A stretch of 51,014 nt of DNA from assembly GCF_001194135.2 (NCBI RefSeq), contig NC_068998.1, forward strand, positions 10,389,056 to 10,440,069. Reading direction: 5' to 3'. The DNA comes from Octopus bimaculoides (taxonomy: Eukaryota). The translations under genes and the position numbers were made by a program. Below the pieces are notes generated by a model. That model had not been told where the DNA came from. It worked only from the letters and a program-made list of their open reading frames with translations, and ran no database searches. Positions 26,079 through 39,194 of the stretch are shown in pieces; position 1 is the stretch's first letter; each line of letters opens with the position of its first letter.

Positions 26079-26499
26079 ATACACATACAAACACACATCA
26101 TATTTTGAGAAAATTTAACAAATCAATTGTCGAATGAATGAAACCTTACTGAAGCAGTCTTAATTAATTAAAAGCACTTTAATTATTATCCATCATCTAT
26201 AATCAATACCATTCAGCTAACACTTTGTATATATCCACTATAATTCCAAGAGCTGGGATTTTGAGCTGCTACCACACATTATATTCTGTGTTCAGTCTAC
26301 AGATGTCCAGATACAATGTTACTGAGTATTAATTGAAATGACTTCTTAGATAAACTGATTTAAATACATTGAGCTGCCAATGAAGAATCTTTCCCTTCTC
26401 CCCCACCACTCAACAACACCTCTATCACTACCATAAATGTCTATCATCTGTTTTCCTAATTTATTGGTTGAAATGGCCTGGCTCTTCATCAGTTATGTC

Positions 26500-26800
26500 G
26501 ATGAGAGTTCCATTTGATTCAATCAGCTGAACAGGCTGCTTGTGGAATTAACATACCAGTAGCTGCACACTCCACAGACATGCATACCCTTAACAAAGTT
26601 AGAAAGGAAGTTCAACATGACACAGAATGTGACAAGGCTGGCCCCTTTGAATTACTGGTACAACTCATTTTTACCAACCAAATGGACTGGAGCAATGTGA
26701 AATAAAGTATCTTGCTCGAGGACACAGTGCCCTGGCAGGAAGTGAACCCACGACCTTATCATTGTGAGCTGAATACACTAATCACTAAGCCACATGCCTT
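26500..26800 (-). mobile_element. tRNA-derived SINE (CORE-like + tail A), minus strand
   Basis: Reverse-complement homology to 21489-21760. Confidence 0.75.
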
Positions 26801-26900
26801 CTGGTTCATTTGTTTACTTAATAACTTACTTGTCTACCAAACGCTAGTGCAACTGTCCTACCAAATCACTGATTTATCTGTCTTCTAAATTACTACTGTA

Positions 26901-26952
<52 letters not shown>

Positions 26953-26973
26953 AGTGTGTGTATNNNNNNNNNN

Positions 26974-27017
<44 letters not shown>

Positions 27018-27112
27018 CACACACAGAAGTGTGTGTGTATGTATGTATATATATATGTGTGTGTGTGTAGTTAGATCTGTTGCATTAATTAAATACATGG
27101 TTTTTCTTGCAG

Positions 27113-27231
27113 CTGAAGAAATTGTTTCAACTGGTCCTCCATCACTTCAAGAGAAGCTGCGTCAAAGAGCCATTCAAGAACTTATTTCTACAGAAGAATC
27201 ATATATGCAAGATATGTCTATTGTGGATCAG
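27113..27231 (+). CDS. ITSN1: Intersectin long form, first DH (RhoGEF) exon: x-EEIVSTGPPSLQEKLRQRAIQELISTEESYMQDMSIVDQ
   Basis: Acceptor TTTTTCTTGCAG| at 27111-12, donor CAG|GTAAAT at 27232; 119 nt, phase 1 to 0. The ELISTEESY motif is the DH helix-1 signature (recalled human ITSN1: ELIVTEENY). Confidence 0.95.
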
Positions 27232-28485
27232 GTAAATTATTTTGACATTGCTTTGTGTCACCTGGTTGAACTCTACACAACCTGGTTCTTGGACACCTTT
27301 TTTCATGGTAGGTTGGGCATGTACCCCATGCAAAATAAAACATCTCCACCTGTTCCCTAAAAGTGTTTTTTTGGCTGACAGGCTTAGCATACTGCCTGGT
27401 GTAACATAAGAAATTAAACATTTTAAAAATCCAGTATGTGCAACTGAGGAGGTATTAAATTAATATAGCCATCAGTGTATCATACTTAAATGGGATACAT
27501 AGACAGCTATTTTGATTTAATTCTGCTTCAGTTGCATATACTAGGTTTTTATTCAGCCAGGCGGCTATTTTCAACATCAGTGAATGCTGTATTCACTGTT
27601 TCCTATATCAGAGCCATCTAATTCTCATGTAAGCATGTAACTGATTGCAGGCACATATCATTTCACCCCCAAAAGGCTGAAATGCATCTGGTATTCCTGC
27701 TGGCTGCTGTAATCATTTTTCATCTCCTTCTGATATTTATTGTTTTTAACACAACACCTCCATAAGAGATATTATCTCAGGATGAATACCACAGTAATTA
27801 GCCTATCAATTGTTCATTCACATTTAGTATGGTACATAGATGGCTATTTTAGAAGCTAGTTATTTTCTATGCCAGATTCAGGGTCTTACCTCTGCAAATA
27901 TAGTCTAGTTCAAATGTTACAAACTTTTTCTTGTTTGTATTTTGATTCTTTTTATTTTGTATTTTATTTCCATTCATTTCAACAGAGTATCTTAATAATA
28001 TATAAAAGTGACTTTATATATGAAAGCATTTGAATAAAATTGCATCAAACGTGAACAGCTCAAGGAAGATGTTCATAAGAGTCTTGATGTGAAGTCGCCT
28101 GATTATGTTGGTGCACAGCCTAATTTAACATGTATCAAGTGTAGGAATATCTAAGGCAAGCCTTAGGAGCCATCAGAGAAGCCACACAGAGAGGAAAATT
28201 GTTAACTATGCATTATACAGAATCTCTAATTGCAGAGAATATAGGAAATAATGTATATCAGGAGGCAGACTGAAATGTTATATTAAGATTCTCCTCAACA
28301 ATTCTGTAACATCTACTTGCAGGAGGTGCTCATCATTGCTACATCAATAGACAAGAGCGTAAATTTCAAGCAGGACTAAAAAGCTACATCCATGCTGCTC
28401 ATAAATAACCCTTTTACATTTAAACCAACCATATCCAGCCCAAATATTTTCCCTGTTTTATGTCCAAACTGATCAGATTTGGTTA

Positions 28486-28870
28486 GGAGTGGCTGTGTGG
28501 TAAGTAACTTGCTTACCAACCACATGGTTCTGGGTTCAGTTCCACTGCGTGGCACTTTGTGCAAGTGTCTTCTACTATGCCTCAGGCCAACCAATGCCTT
28601 GTGAGTGAATTTGGTAGACGGAAACTGAAAGAAGCCCGTCGTATATATGTATGTATATGTATATATATGTGTGTGTGTCTGTGTTTGTCCCCCCACCATC
28701 GCTTGACAACCGATGCTGGTGTGTTTATGTCCCCATAACTTAGTGGTTTGGCAAAAAGAGACCAATAGAATAAGTACTAGGCTTACAAAGAATAAGTCCT
28801 GGGGTCGATTTGCTCGACTAAAGGTGGTGCTCCAGCATGGCTGCAGTCAAATGACTGAAACAAGTAAAAA
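28486..28870 (+). mobile_element. Full-length SINE with internal (TA/TG)n, nested in a piggyBac-like MITE fragment
   Basis: GGAGTGGCTGTGTGGTAAG head, GGGTTCAGTTCC box B, central GAATTTGGTAGACGGAAACTGAAAGAAGCCCG, 3' GGTGCTCCAGCATGG..GAAACAAGTAAAA. Confidence 0.85.
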
Positions 28871-29421
28871 GAAAAAGAAAGAAAATCATCTAAATTTTGA
28901 AGCTAATAGATAATGTATTGCTATCATCCTCATCATCGACTTTCAATCTCCGTTTTCAATGCTGGCATGGGTTGGATGGCTTGAAACGAACTGGTAAAGC
29001 CAGGATCCACACCAGGTTCCATAGTCTGTTTTGGCTTGGTTTCTATGGCTGTATGCCCTTCCTGATGCTAACCATTCCACCGAATGTACTAAGTGCTTTT
29101 TACATGACACCAACACCAGTGATTTTCATGTGGCGTCAGCACCCACACCAATACTTTTTTATGTGGCACCTTCATTAATTCAAAACACTGGGAATAAATA
29201 AACATTTCATTTGGCAAAATAATCTGAATGCTTAGGATTTAAATAAACAATCAAGCAAAGACATTACTTGAAATTGAGTTCCAGTCATCATGTAATGTAT
29301 ATATGTAGGTATATATGTATACATATGTGTATACATGTTCCTAGCTTTAGGCCACAGTTTTGCACATATGTAGTTGGAATTTTGCAGAAGCAAATCTTTT
29401 GAAGGAGAAAGCCCTAGATTA

Positions 29422-29623
29422 TGAGGCACTGTTGAAAGGTTCGTAGCTTTGGGTAAAAGAAAATACAGGAGGATCAAGTTAATTATGATTTTATTCAACA
29501 TATTCCCCTCTACAGCAGCAGTCCTTCTGCTTTTCTAACCTTGTAAATGAACTTGGAAGGTTGGGTCTCCAACCAAGCTTTTCGTGATACCCTTAAAGCC
29601 AGGAACTTTTCAGCACCCCTTCA
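29422..29623. mobile_element. Mariner-derived MITE with TA duplication
   Basis: TA-TGAGGCACTGTTGAAAGGTTCGTAGCTTT ... AAAGCCAGGAACTTTTCAGCACCCCTTCA-TA (imperfect TIRs). Confidence 0.7.
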
Positions 29624-30300
29624 TATGTGACTTTTAGGTTCTATGTTTGTTTGTTTGTTTGTATATTCTTATGACGCATCATTTGAGCTATCTTTGGAAT
29701 TCCTTAGGTTGCAACAATTCTGAGTGAATCAACATTGTGAATTCATGTGATTGTATCTATTTTAGGTGTTAATAAACTCAGGCAAGGCTGGGTAAACTAA
29801 ATTGCTACTGCTGCCATTTGCTAGTGAGTATAATAAATTGGTAGCATGTACCATGCTTTCAGTAAGTGTTGTTGTAGGCGTTTAAGTAGTTGTGACCAGA
29901 TGTAGAAGCCCTCCCTCTCAACCTTCCAACCCTTGACCTACCAGAACATTCAACATGTGACAAGTGTGTGTGTGTGTGATTGTGTGTGATTGTGCACAGG
30001 AGGGGAGAGGATGAGGAAGAGGGTTGTAATTCAGCTGGTACTCACTTTCAGTTGAACAGACTGGAGCAAATTGAAGCGAAACACCTCGCTCAAGGATGCA
30101 GTATGCTGCCCAGTCCAGGAATTGATCCCGTGTCCTTATGATTGTGAGCATTTCTCCTTAACCTCCAGGCCAAGTGCCTTCATTGGCAAAGTTAGGTATG
30201 ACTAGTTTTATATACACCAGCCCATCCATCCATTTTTTCCGTTTACTATACCTGAGAGGGTCATGGGATAGAGTCCCCAAACACCTCCTCCATGGGTCCT

Positions 30301-30332
<32 letters not shown>

Positions 30333-30989
30333 TTAACATCCATTTTTCATGCTGGCTTAGGTTGCCCCGGTTCCAGTTGTCCGTTTTGACATGATTTTTA
30401 CTGTTGGATGCTCTTCCTAACGCCAACCACTTTACAGAATTTTTTGTATTCCCTGTTTAACAGGATTATCCAATTTTCAAAATCATTCCTGCTGCTAGTG
30501 TTTGCAAGTTCCAAGTTCATTCACAAGGCGTTGGTCAGCCTTCCTCACACTTGCCCAAGGGACTGAAACCAAAACCACATGGCTGCAAAGCAAGCTTCTT
30601 AACCACATGGCCATGTTCATTTTACTTCCAAGACAGACGTATGTGATTTGAGAGTAATTAACCTGCTATTTCTAGACAGTCAGTTGGCCATGTAGAGGCA
30701 CCCTTGTTAATGGTGGTGATGGTATGGATGGCGATGTTGTAGTTCAACTTCCATGTCAGCTTATATTGAGCAGGGCTATGGTCAAAACCATTCCAGATGT
30801 GACCATCCAGCATTTTTGTTTTGTATCTCCAGGATTGTGTTTTGCACTGATCAATATGTTATTCCTTGTTTAAAATGGTAGGGTATGATATGAGAACGAT
30901 TTAGCTGTTGTTTCTGGCAGGTTGAACGACCACATTGAAGTTCGCTCTTTTAATTCTGGTTATGATATTTGTGTTGGTGATAGAATTCT

Positions 30990-31459
30990 TTAATTGAGTT
31001 GGTGAAGATAATGACAGTGGTGGTGGTTGTAGTAGTAGTGGTAGTGGTGGAGGTGGTAGTAGTAGTGGTGGAGGTAGTAGTAGTAGTGGTGGAGGTGGTA
31101 GTTGTAGTAGTAGTAGTAGTGGTAGAGGTGGTATTTGTAGTAGTAGTAGTGGTGGAGGTGGTAGATGTAATAGTAGTAGTAGTTGTGGTGGAGGGGGTAG
31201 TTTTAGTAGAATGGTTGTGCTAAAGATGGTGGGAGCAGTGGCAACTGTGGTGATGACAATTATGATGATGATGCTAGTAGTGAACAGAATGATGATCACA
31301 TCATGACAATGACAGCTATGATGATGACGATGATGATGATGATGATGATGATGAAGGGGATGATAGTAATATCAATGATGTTGATGAAAATGCAAATGAC
31401 AATGAATGAAAAGAAGACATGGTGGTAGCCGGTGGTGATGGCGATGATGACGACGATGG

Positions 31460-31494
<35 letters not shown>

Positions 31495-31627
31495 GCGAGT
31501 GGTGGTAATGTTGACACGATGACCTCACGGATTGACAAAGCAAATTTCTTGCCGAAGCAGTCTCCTACAGATGTTCTTATCTGATTGCACAAGTTATTTC
31601 CAAAGTGACAGCAGCAGCAGCAGCAGC

Positions 31628-31685
<58 letters not shown>

Positions 31686-32352
31686 GCAGCAGCAGCAGCA
31701 ACAATAACATTGCCTTTCATCTGCAACAACAGTCGTAAACAAAAACTACTAGAAGTAATTGCAGTGGTTACAACAACAACAACACAAACGCCGCCACCAC
31801 TAACAACAACAACAACAACAACAATAACAGCAATAGAAATGTAATTGCATTTATGTAAAATTCTGAGTCTGTGCTCCCAGCAATCATCTCTATCCAGAAT
31901 TATCTCGTAATCTAATTGTGTCGTCATCACGGTCTCCATGCTCATAACCATCATCATCATCATCAGCATCATGAATGTCATCATCATCATCATCATTATC
32001 ATCATCATCCTTCTAATCATCATCATAATTATCATGATCACATCATCGTCATCATCATCGTCGTCATTGTAATTGTCATCATGACCGTCACTATTACTGT
32101 CTTTGTCCCTTCGTATCATCATCATTGTGTCGTCGTCGTCGTCGTCAACACCACCACTGTTGTATTCATCACAGCTCCTATCAACAGTGTCATCATCATC
32201 ATCATCTTCATTATCATCATCATCATAATTATCATGATCACATTATCATCATCGTAATATTAATCCTCATGATCACTGTCATGGTGGTGACGATCCCCCT
32301 CCTCTGCTCTTCTCCATCTTCATTACTATAACATATCATTGCCATCACCACC

Positions 32353-32386
<34 letters not shown>

Positions 32387-32600
32387 TCACCTTCCTTATC
32401 ATTTTCTTTTCTACATCTAGCCCGCTTTTCCAGGACACTCAGAAATAGTTGGTTCTCTTCCAAAGTAATCACTCCATTTTGCCCCTATTATCCTCATTAC
32501 TCTCATCATTACTATTATTACTGCTACCACCACCACCACCACCACCACCACCACCACCACCACCATCATCATTACCACCATGGCCACCACCATCATAGCA
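30990..32600. repeat. Compound trinucleotide field switching from (GTR/GAT)n to (CAA/CAG)n to (CAT/CAC)n
   Basis: Direct reading; source of many spurious poly-V/M/H/I ORFs. Confidence 0.9.
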
Positions 32601-32695
32601 GGATTAGGTGGTTGTGTTTTTATTTCTTTCTGGAAGATATCGGCTGTGGTCAGACGCGGGAGAAAGGTTTAAAAAGAATATCCAATACATGCTTT

Positions 32696-32960
32696 AATGT
32701 TCCCTCCATATTACTGGCCCCATCACAACCACAAAATATCACTTCTATGTCCCTGATCCCATCACAACCTCAAAATGTCCCCTCCATATCACTGGCCCCA
32801 TGACAACCACAAAATATCACTTCTATGTCCCTGATCCCATCACAACCTCAAAACGTCCCCTCCATGTCATTGGCCCCATCACAACCACAAAATATCACCT
32901 CTATATCCCTGATCCCATTCAGAACCAGAAAAATGCCACCTGCATGTTCGTAACCCCATC
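32696..32960 (+). repeat. 39-bp minisatellite organised as a 78-bp A/B dimer
   Basis: CATCACAACC-type anchors at 32721, 32760, 32799, 32838, 32877 and 32916 (period 39); alternating ACAAAATATCAC..CCCTGAT and TCAAAAYGTCCCC..TGGC variants. Confidence 0.9.
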
Positions 32961-33689
32961 AAACATCTCTGAACATCACCTCTGGCTCATGAGTTAATCT
33001 CAACCACTGAATGTCAAAAATGTCTCCTCTCTTACCACAGTCTTACCAATGTCAAAAATGTCTCCTCTCTTACCGCAAGCTTTCAAGGTTCAAACTAAGA
33101 AAAATCAATGTATTTTGCAGTTTGTCACATTGTATCAAATTGTTTGTAGGCATGGGTGTAGCTCTGTGGTTAAGAAGTTTGCTTCCCAACCACATGGTTT
33201 CAAGTGGCACTTTGGGCAAGTGTTTTCTACTAAAGTCCCAGGCTGACCAAAACCTTGTGAATGGATTTGGTAGGCAGAAACTGAAATATATATGTGTGTG
33301 TGTGTGTGTGTGAGGAGACACAAACATACACACTGAGTGTGTGTAGTTTGTGTCTCCTTGTCTTGACATTCTGCAATTGTTGTAAATGAGTGTGACTGTT
33401 ATACAAGTGGTGTAATTTGTTTCCAGTATTCTGTGAGAGCATGCCTGGACATAGAGGAAATACTACCTTGCTTCAAAACAGATAAAGGTTGGCAACTGGA
33501 AAGGCATCTGACTTGAAAAAAATTTGACTCAACAAACTGTGTCCAACCAATGCAAGCATAGGAAAGTGGACATTAGAATGATGTTGGTGATAATGATGAT
33601 GATGATGACGACGACGATGATGATGATGATGATGATGATGGTAAGGATTTCTAATGGTTAATTACGCTTTCTTTTTTGTGCCGTTTCAG

Positions 33690-33796
33690 GTCTTTCGTAA
33701 ACCACTTAAAGAAAACGGTGTCCTTAGTGATGAAGAAGATAAAATATTGTTTGTAAATTGGCAGGACTTAATCATTTGTAACACCAAACTAATAAC
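33690..33796 (+). CDS. ITSN1: Intersectin DH exon 2: VFRKPLKENGVLSDEEDKILFVNWQDLIICNTKLI
   Basis: Acceptor CCGTTTCAG|, donor AAC|GTAAGT; 107 nt, phase 0 to 2. Matches recalled IFQKPL..IFVNWKELIMCNIKL. Missing from the ORF track; translated by hand. Confidence 0.95.
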
Positions 33797-34321
33797 GTAA
33801 GTACTTAATACTAATTTTACCTTATTATTTCATAGGCCAACAAATTAGCTTCTGTGTGGTTGCTCAATCTGCAAAAGATAGCAGCCAAATCTCCCTCAAA
33901 TCACTCTCCATTGTCTTAAAATTAGGAGGGACTTTTTAGAAAAAATATTCCTATAGAATTTACAAGGAAAACTTCAGAAAAATGTCAAATATAAGTTTGC
34001 TTTTGACAACATTATGAGGTTTGGTAATGAAATAAATATTTTGAATTAAGAAAAAAATAATCATTCGTCAGTTAGAGCTGTGTGGTTAAGGAGTTTGCTT
34101 CCCAACTACATAGTTTTGGGTTCAAGTCTCACTGTGTGGCACCTGGGGCCTTGTGTGTGGATTTGGCAGATGGAGACTAAAAGAAACTTTCCATGTATGT
34201 ACGTGCATGTGTGCATGTGCACGTGTGTGCATGCATACATATTGTCATCATCATCATTATTTAACATCTGCCTTCATGCTGGCAGGGGTCGGATGGTTTG
34301 ACTAGAACTGGTAAAGGTTTG

Positions 34322-34550
34322 CTTAAGGATGTTGGGCAAAACACCCATGTTTCCAAAGGTGAATTATTCAAACCCCAAAGAATTCCTCTCAGCACATGGC
34401 TATGATGCTCCCCTACTACTTCTGCTCATGATCAGAGATGCACATATCGTCAGCCACTAAGGGACATGCTCAACTAGTTAAGGTCAAGCAACTGACAAGC
34501 AAATCTGTGGTATTAAGCAAAATATTTGCTGTAGCCCATCTTTTATACCA
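34322..34550 (-). mobile_element. Interspersed repeat copy, inverted relative to 37934-38110
   Basis: About 170 bp align to 37934-38104 with roughly 12 mismatches by hand count. Confidence 0.8.
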
Positions 34551-35051
34551 AGCTTGTATTTTAACAACACAAGAGAAATAACAAAATGATAGCTGGAAAT
34601 ACTATCCCAAAATATTATAAGACTAGAGTTAAACAACCAAATAATAAACTTATTTATGGACCAGTGTCTCTGTTTCTATCAATTCCTCCCTCCTTCACCT
34701 TTGTAAAATATGAGCTAATCTGTACTCTGAATCACGAAGACTCATTGAAACATGGATTATCTCTGGATTATAAGTATCCAAGAGAAATTGGAATGTGTCA
34801 TGTGATGACGGTGATGGTGAAGAAGAAGATGATGACAACGATGATGATGGTGGTGGTGGTGGTGGTGGTTGTGGTGGTGGTGGTTGTGGTGGTTGTGGTG
34901 GTGGCTGTGGTGGAATGTGTTGTTGGAATGCAAAACATGATGGTGTTAATGGAATAAGTCATGTGATGGTGATGTAATGTGTCATGTGATATTGTAATGA
35001 GTTATGCAATGATGGTGTTATTGAGTAAAAGAAAGGACAACACAGGGAGGT

Positions 35052-35084
<33 letters not shown>

Positions 35085-35639
35085 CAATAATATCATGATA
35101 ATAACAGATAATAACGACCAGTCGCAGATTCCCAGAGCACCATTGTAGAAGAGAGGTAGCATAGCTTTGGGACAAGTAGGGACCTGGCTCTGAGTGAAAG
35201 GGAAAGAGGGAGCTCTATAGACCCCCACTATTTAAGGGGACATCAGTGTCAGTAATGATGAAAACGAAAATAATTGTGACATGACCCATAAGTGATAATG
35301 ATGATGACGACTACGACGATGATGATGATGATGAGGGGGAGGAGGAGGAGAACTAGTACTGATCTGCTGTAGATGCAGGGTCGCTGAACTGACATCATCA
35401 CTTTGGCATCTACCTTTCCATTCTGGCATGGAACAGGTGGAATTTGTTGAGGCAGATTTTCTTCAGCGGGATGCTCTTCCTGTCACCAACCCTTACCCGT
35501 TTCCAAGCAAGTTGACATTTTCCCCCAGGGCCAGACATGTTTCTGTGGAAGATTTGGAAACGAACGACACTGCTTGTATGACAGTGACACTTGTTTACAA
35601 CTATCATGTGATGCCAAGGCAAAGAGACAAACCTACTCA

Positions 35640-35729
<90 letters not shown>

Positions 35730-36270
35730 CGTCTTAGGAATTCAGATTGGAAATTGATGTTGCTACCAAACTGATACCATCATGTGACCTGCATTGGCCA
35801 CCTTGGACTCACCTCGTTTGGTTCTACAGTGAGGCCATCATACAAGGTTGGCGGGGGTTGGGATGGGGGTCAACTTTATTCTTAGAGATGAGAGGTCGCA
35901 AAAGATAGGTAAAATTATGAAAGCAGGGGCCCAGTGATCTTATTAACGAAGTCTGTTTACTATGTTAATTGATGGGTTTTTGTTTTTTTCTTTTCTGTTT
36001 TAATTATCTCTTTATTCATTGGTTCAATTGTTGAAATATTTCTGATCCATTTATATTTTAAATTTTATATTTCATTTTATTTTCTTTTTAAAAAAAAAAA
36101 AAATTGTTGTTGTTTGTTTTCTGCTGTTTTTTGTTGTTGTTGTTGTTATTGTTATTGTTGCTACTGCCGTTGTAATTATTGTTGTTGTCATGTAATAAAA
36201 AAAAAAAAATAATAATAAAAAAACAAAAAAACAAAAACAACAAAACAAACTGTCTCTTCTTCCTTTACAG

Positions 36271-36343
36271 TGCAATGAGAGTGCGAAAGACTTGTGGGAA
36301 GAGTAAATCCATTCAAACAATAGGAGACATCCTGTGTGAAAAT
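36271..36343 (+). CDS. ITSN1: Intersectin DH exon 3: (T)AMRVRKTCGKSKSIQTIGDILCEN
   Basis: Acceptor CTTCCTTTACAG|, donor AAT|GTTAGT; 73 nt, phase 2 to 0. Matches ALRVRKK..IGDIL. Confidence 0.95.
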
Positions 36344-36349
36344 GTTAGT

Positions 36350-36459
36350 ATTGATTATTGTTGTTGCCGTCATCATCATCATCTTCGTCATCATCATCAT
36401 CGTCATCATCGTTGTCGCTGCCATCATCATTATTGCACGTCAGCTGCAACAACTTGATC

Positions 36460-36491
<32 letters not shown>

Positions 36492-37430
36492 CATCATCAC
36501 CACCGTTGCCGTCATCATTATCCTCACCACCACTACCATCACCATCACCATCATCGTCATCACAATCACCATCATTGCCGTTCACATCGTTATTGCACAT
36601 CAGCTGCAACATCTTGATCATCGTCGTCGTTGTCGTCATCGTCATCGTCATCGTCGTCATCGTCGTCATCTCCATTCTAATCATGGTGATGACGGCTGTC
36701 GTCGTCATTGTCATCACCAACATTATAAATGTCATTACCATTGATATCATTATTGCACATCGATATCAGCTTCATCGTCATCATCGTCATCATTACTGAA
36801 CTGATCATAATTATTATTATCATCATCATCATCTTCGTCATCACCATCATAATACTGATCATCAGCAAGATGATGATAATGATGACGATGATGATTATTT
36901 ATAATCATCACTATCATCATCATATAAGTTATCATTTAACTGCTTTATTGTCATCATCATCATCATCAGCTACAGCAGCAGTAGTGCAACCCCCCCCCCA
37001 TCATTATCACCATCGTTGACGTCATCACAATCGTCTTTCCTGTGATAATCATAATCATTGTCATCATTACTGACACTATCCTAATTGTTTTTCAACGCTG
37101 TCATCAGTGACGTCATCTAAGTTATCTGGCTTAGCTGCATCGCTGTCATCATCAACGTCATTGTCATCACCATCACCACCATCACCATGATCATCATGAG
37201 CCTCATCATTGTCATTGCTGTCGTCATCATCATCAGCACCGTCACCATTATCATCTTCATCATCATCTCCATTGAAATCAGCGCCAGCTCCACTACCTCC
37301 ACAACCACCTCCACCACCACCTCCAACACCACCACCACCACCACCATCATTGTCATCATCATCTTTACCATTATTAGTGTCATCATTAGTGACACGGTCC
37401 TCATTTCGTCAATCATCATCATATCATAAT
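36350..37430 (+). repeat. About 1.1 kb degenerate (CAT/CGT/CAC)n field starting right after the DH exon 3 donor
   Basis: Direct reading. Confidence 0.9.
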
Positions 37431-37933
37431 CATTATATATTTATTTATCTATCTATTTATTTATTTATCTATCTTTATTTATTTATCTATTGATTTACTT
37501 ATCTATTTATTCATTTATTTGTTCATTTCCAATGGCTAAGCCAGATGATCAGTAATGCCAGTGATCCTTTCCAGGGGTTCCATGACTGGAGGAAAGAAGG
37601 TAGACTCCAGCCCTGATCTGAATGCTTGCAACGAGTTGAAGTCCATTAAGGGCAGCCAATTAAAGGGTTGGATGGTGTTATCAAACAAAGAAATAGTTTA
37701 AATTTCCATTTCAAGAACAGAAATGACCCCTTTCGTAAGCCCCAACAGAGCTTCTTTCAAATGGATTTCACTTACAAGGTTTTGGGCCATTGTATATGGT
37801 CCATAATTTTACATTCTGTAGTTTTCTTGATCTTTTGGGATTGTTTTATTTCTGCAAATAATACACAACTTGCATAAAGTGTCATTCACAATGAAATAAC
37901 AATAACAATAATAATAATAATAATAATAATAAT

Positions 37934-38110
37934 AGTTGTTTGACCTTAACCAGTTGAGCATGTCCCTTGGTCGCTGACGATATGTGCATCTCTGATCATG
38001 CACAGAAGTAGTGGGGGAGCATCATAGCCATGTGTTGAGAGGAATTCTTTGGGGTTTGAATAATTCACCTTTGGAACCATGGATGTTTTGCTCAACATCC
38101 TTAAACAAAC
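37934..38110 (+). mobile_element. Interspersed repeat copy (partner of 34322-34550)
   Basis: TTGACCTTAACCAGTTGAGCATGTCCC..GAGGAATTCTTTGGGGTTTGAATAATTCACC..CAACATCCTTAA. Confidence 0.8.
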
Positions 38111-39194
38111 CTTATTCAGGGACCTTTTGAGCGGGATGGGCTACTTGACCCGAAGGTCATGCACAGTTTATCTTGATAGATCACCATGTCATGCACATAT
38201 GGTTGTGATGCATGTGCCTGGTGTACCCTAATCAGACGGGTAGTCATGATGGGTATAATGGGCTTCGTATATTTGTACCCCAGTGTCACTTTGATGGCAT
38301 GCACTGCTCTCTCACTCAATAATAATAATAATAATAATAATCCTTTCTATGAAAGGCACAAGACCTGAAATTTTGAGGGAGGGGTGTAGTTGGTTATATT
38401 GACCTCAGTGCATAACTGGTACTTAGTTTATCAAACCCAACAGGATGAAAGTCAGCCTTGATGGTATTTGAAATTCTTTACCTCCTCCTTCCTCTTCTTC
38501 TTTTTCTCCTCTTCCTTCTCTTTCTTCTTCTTTTACGTTTCTTCCCTCTCTTCTTTTTCTTCTTCATTCTCCTTTCTTCTCTTCTTTTTCTTCTTCACCT
38601 TCTCTATCTCCTCCTTCACCTTCACTTTTTTCTCCTCCTTTTTCTCTTACACCACCACCTCCTCCTACATCACCACCACCACCTTTCCCCTCCTCCTCCT
38701 CCTCCTTGCAACTATTATTGTAACTGTGCATACGGCTATGTGTGCATGGTGTTACTGTTCTGCATTCATTTTCCCATGCTGTCTTAGATTGGATGAAGAA
38801 TTTTCTGACTGCATATACTGCTGTGGTCAATCATTTTTTTTTTGTTCCACAGTTGTCTGCTCACTCTGTCAATAACCATTCACCCATGAAGATTCAGAAC
38901 TATAAATTTGCAGGTCTTTCTAAGCGACACTAATATGATAAAGGAGAGAAAAAAAACAGAAACAAAAAAAAAAAAACCAACAGACCCATACAGGATGTCT
39001 GATATAAGAAATTTATTATATGAAGTCCAGAACACTGTACATCTTCATTGCTTCCCATCATGCTGTTATTCACCAAAGCATAGTCTTTTAGTTGTTGCTG
39101 CTATCATTGTTTAGCCCCAGGTCAATCCAGAATAAGCAGATTTAAGATCAAAAGTCTTCTACTTTGACCTCCCATTTCTTTTTTCTGATATGAG

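Noticed and set aside
32696-32960. CRISPR-like regular spacing (also the 24-bp array)
   Set aside because: Contiguous tandem units with no unique spacers, no cas genes, and a eukaryotic intron context.
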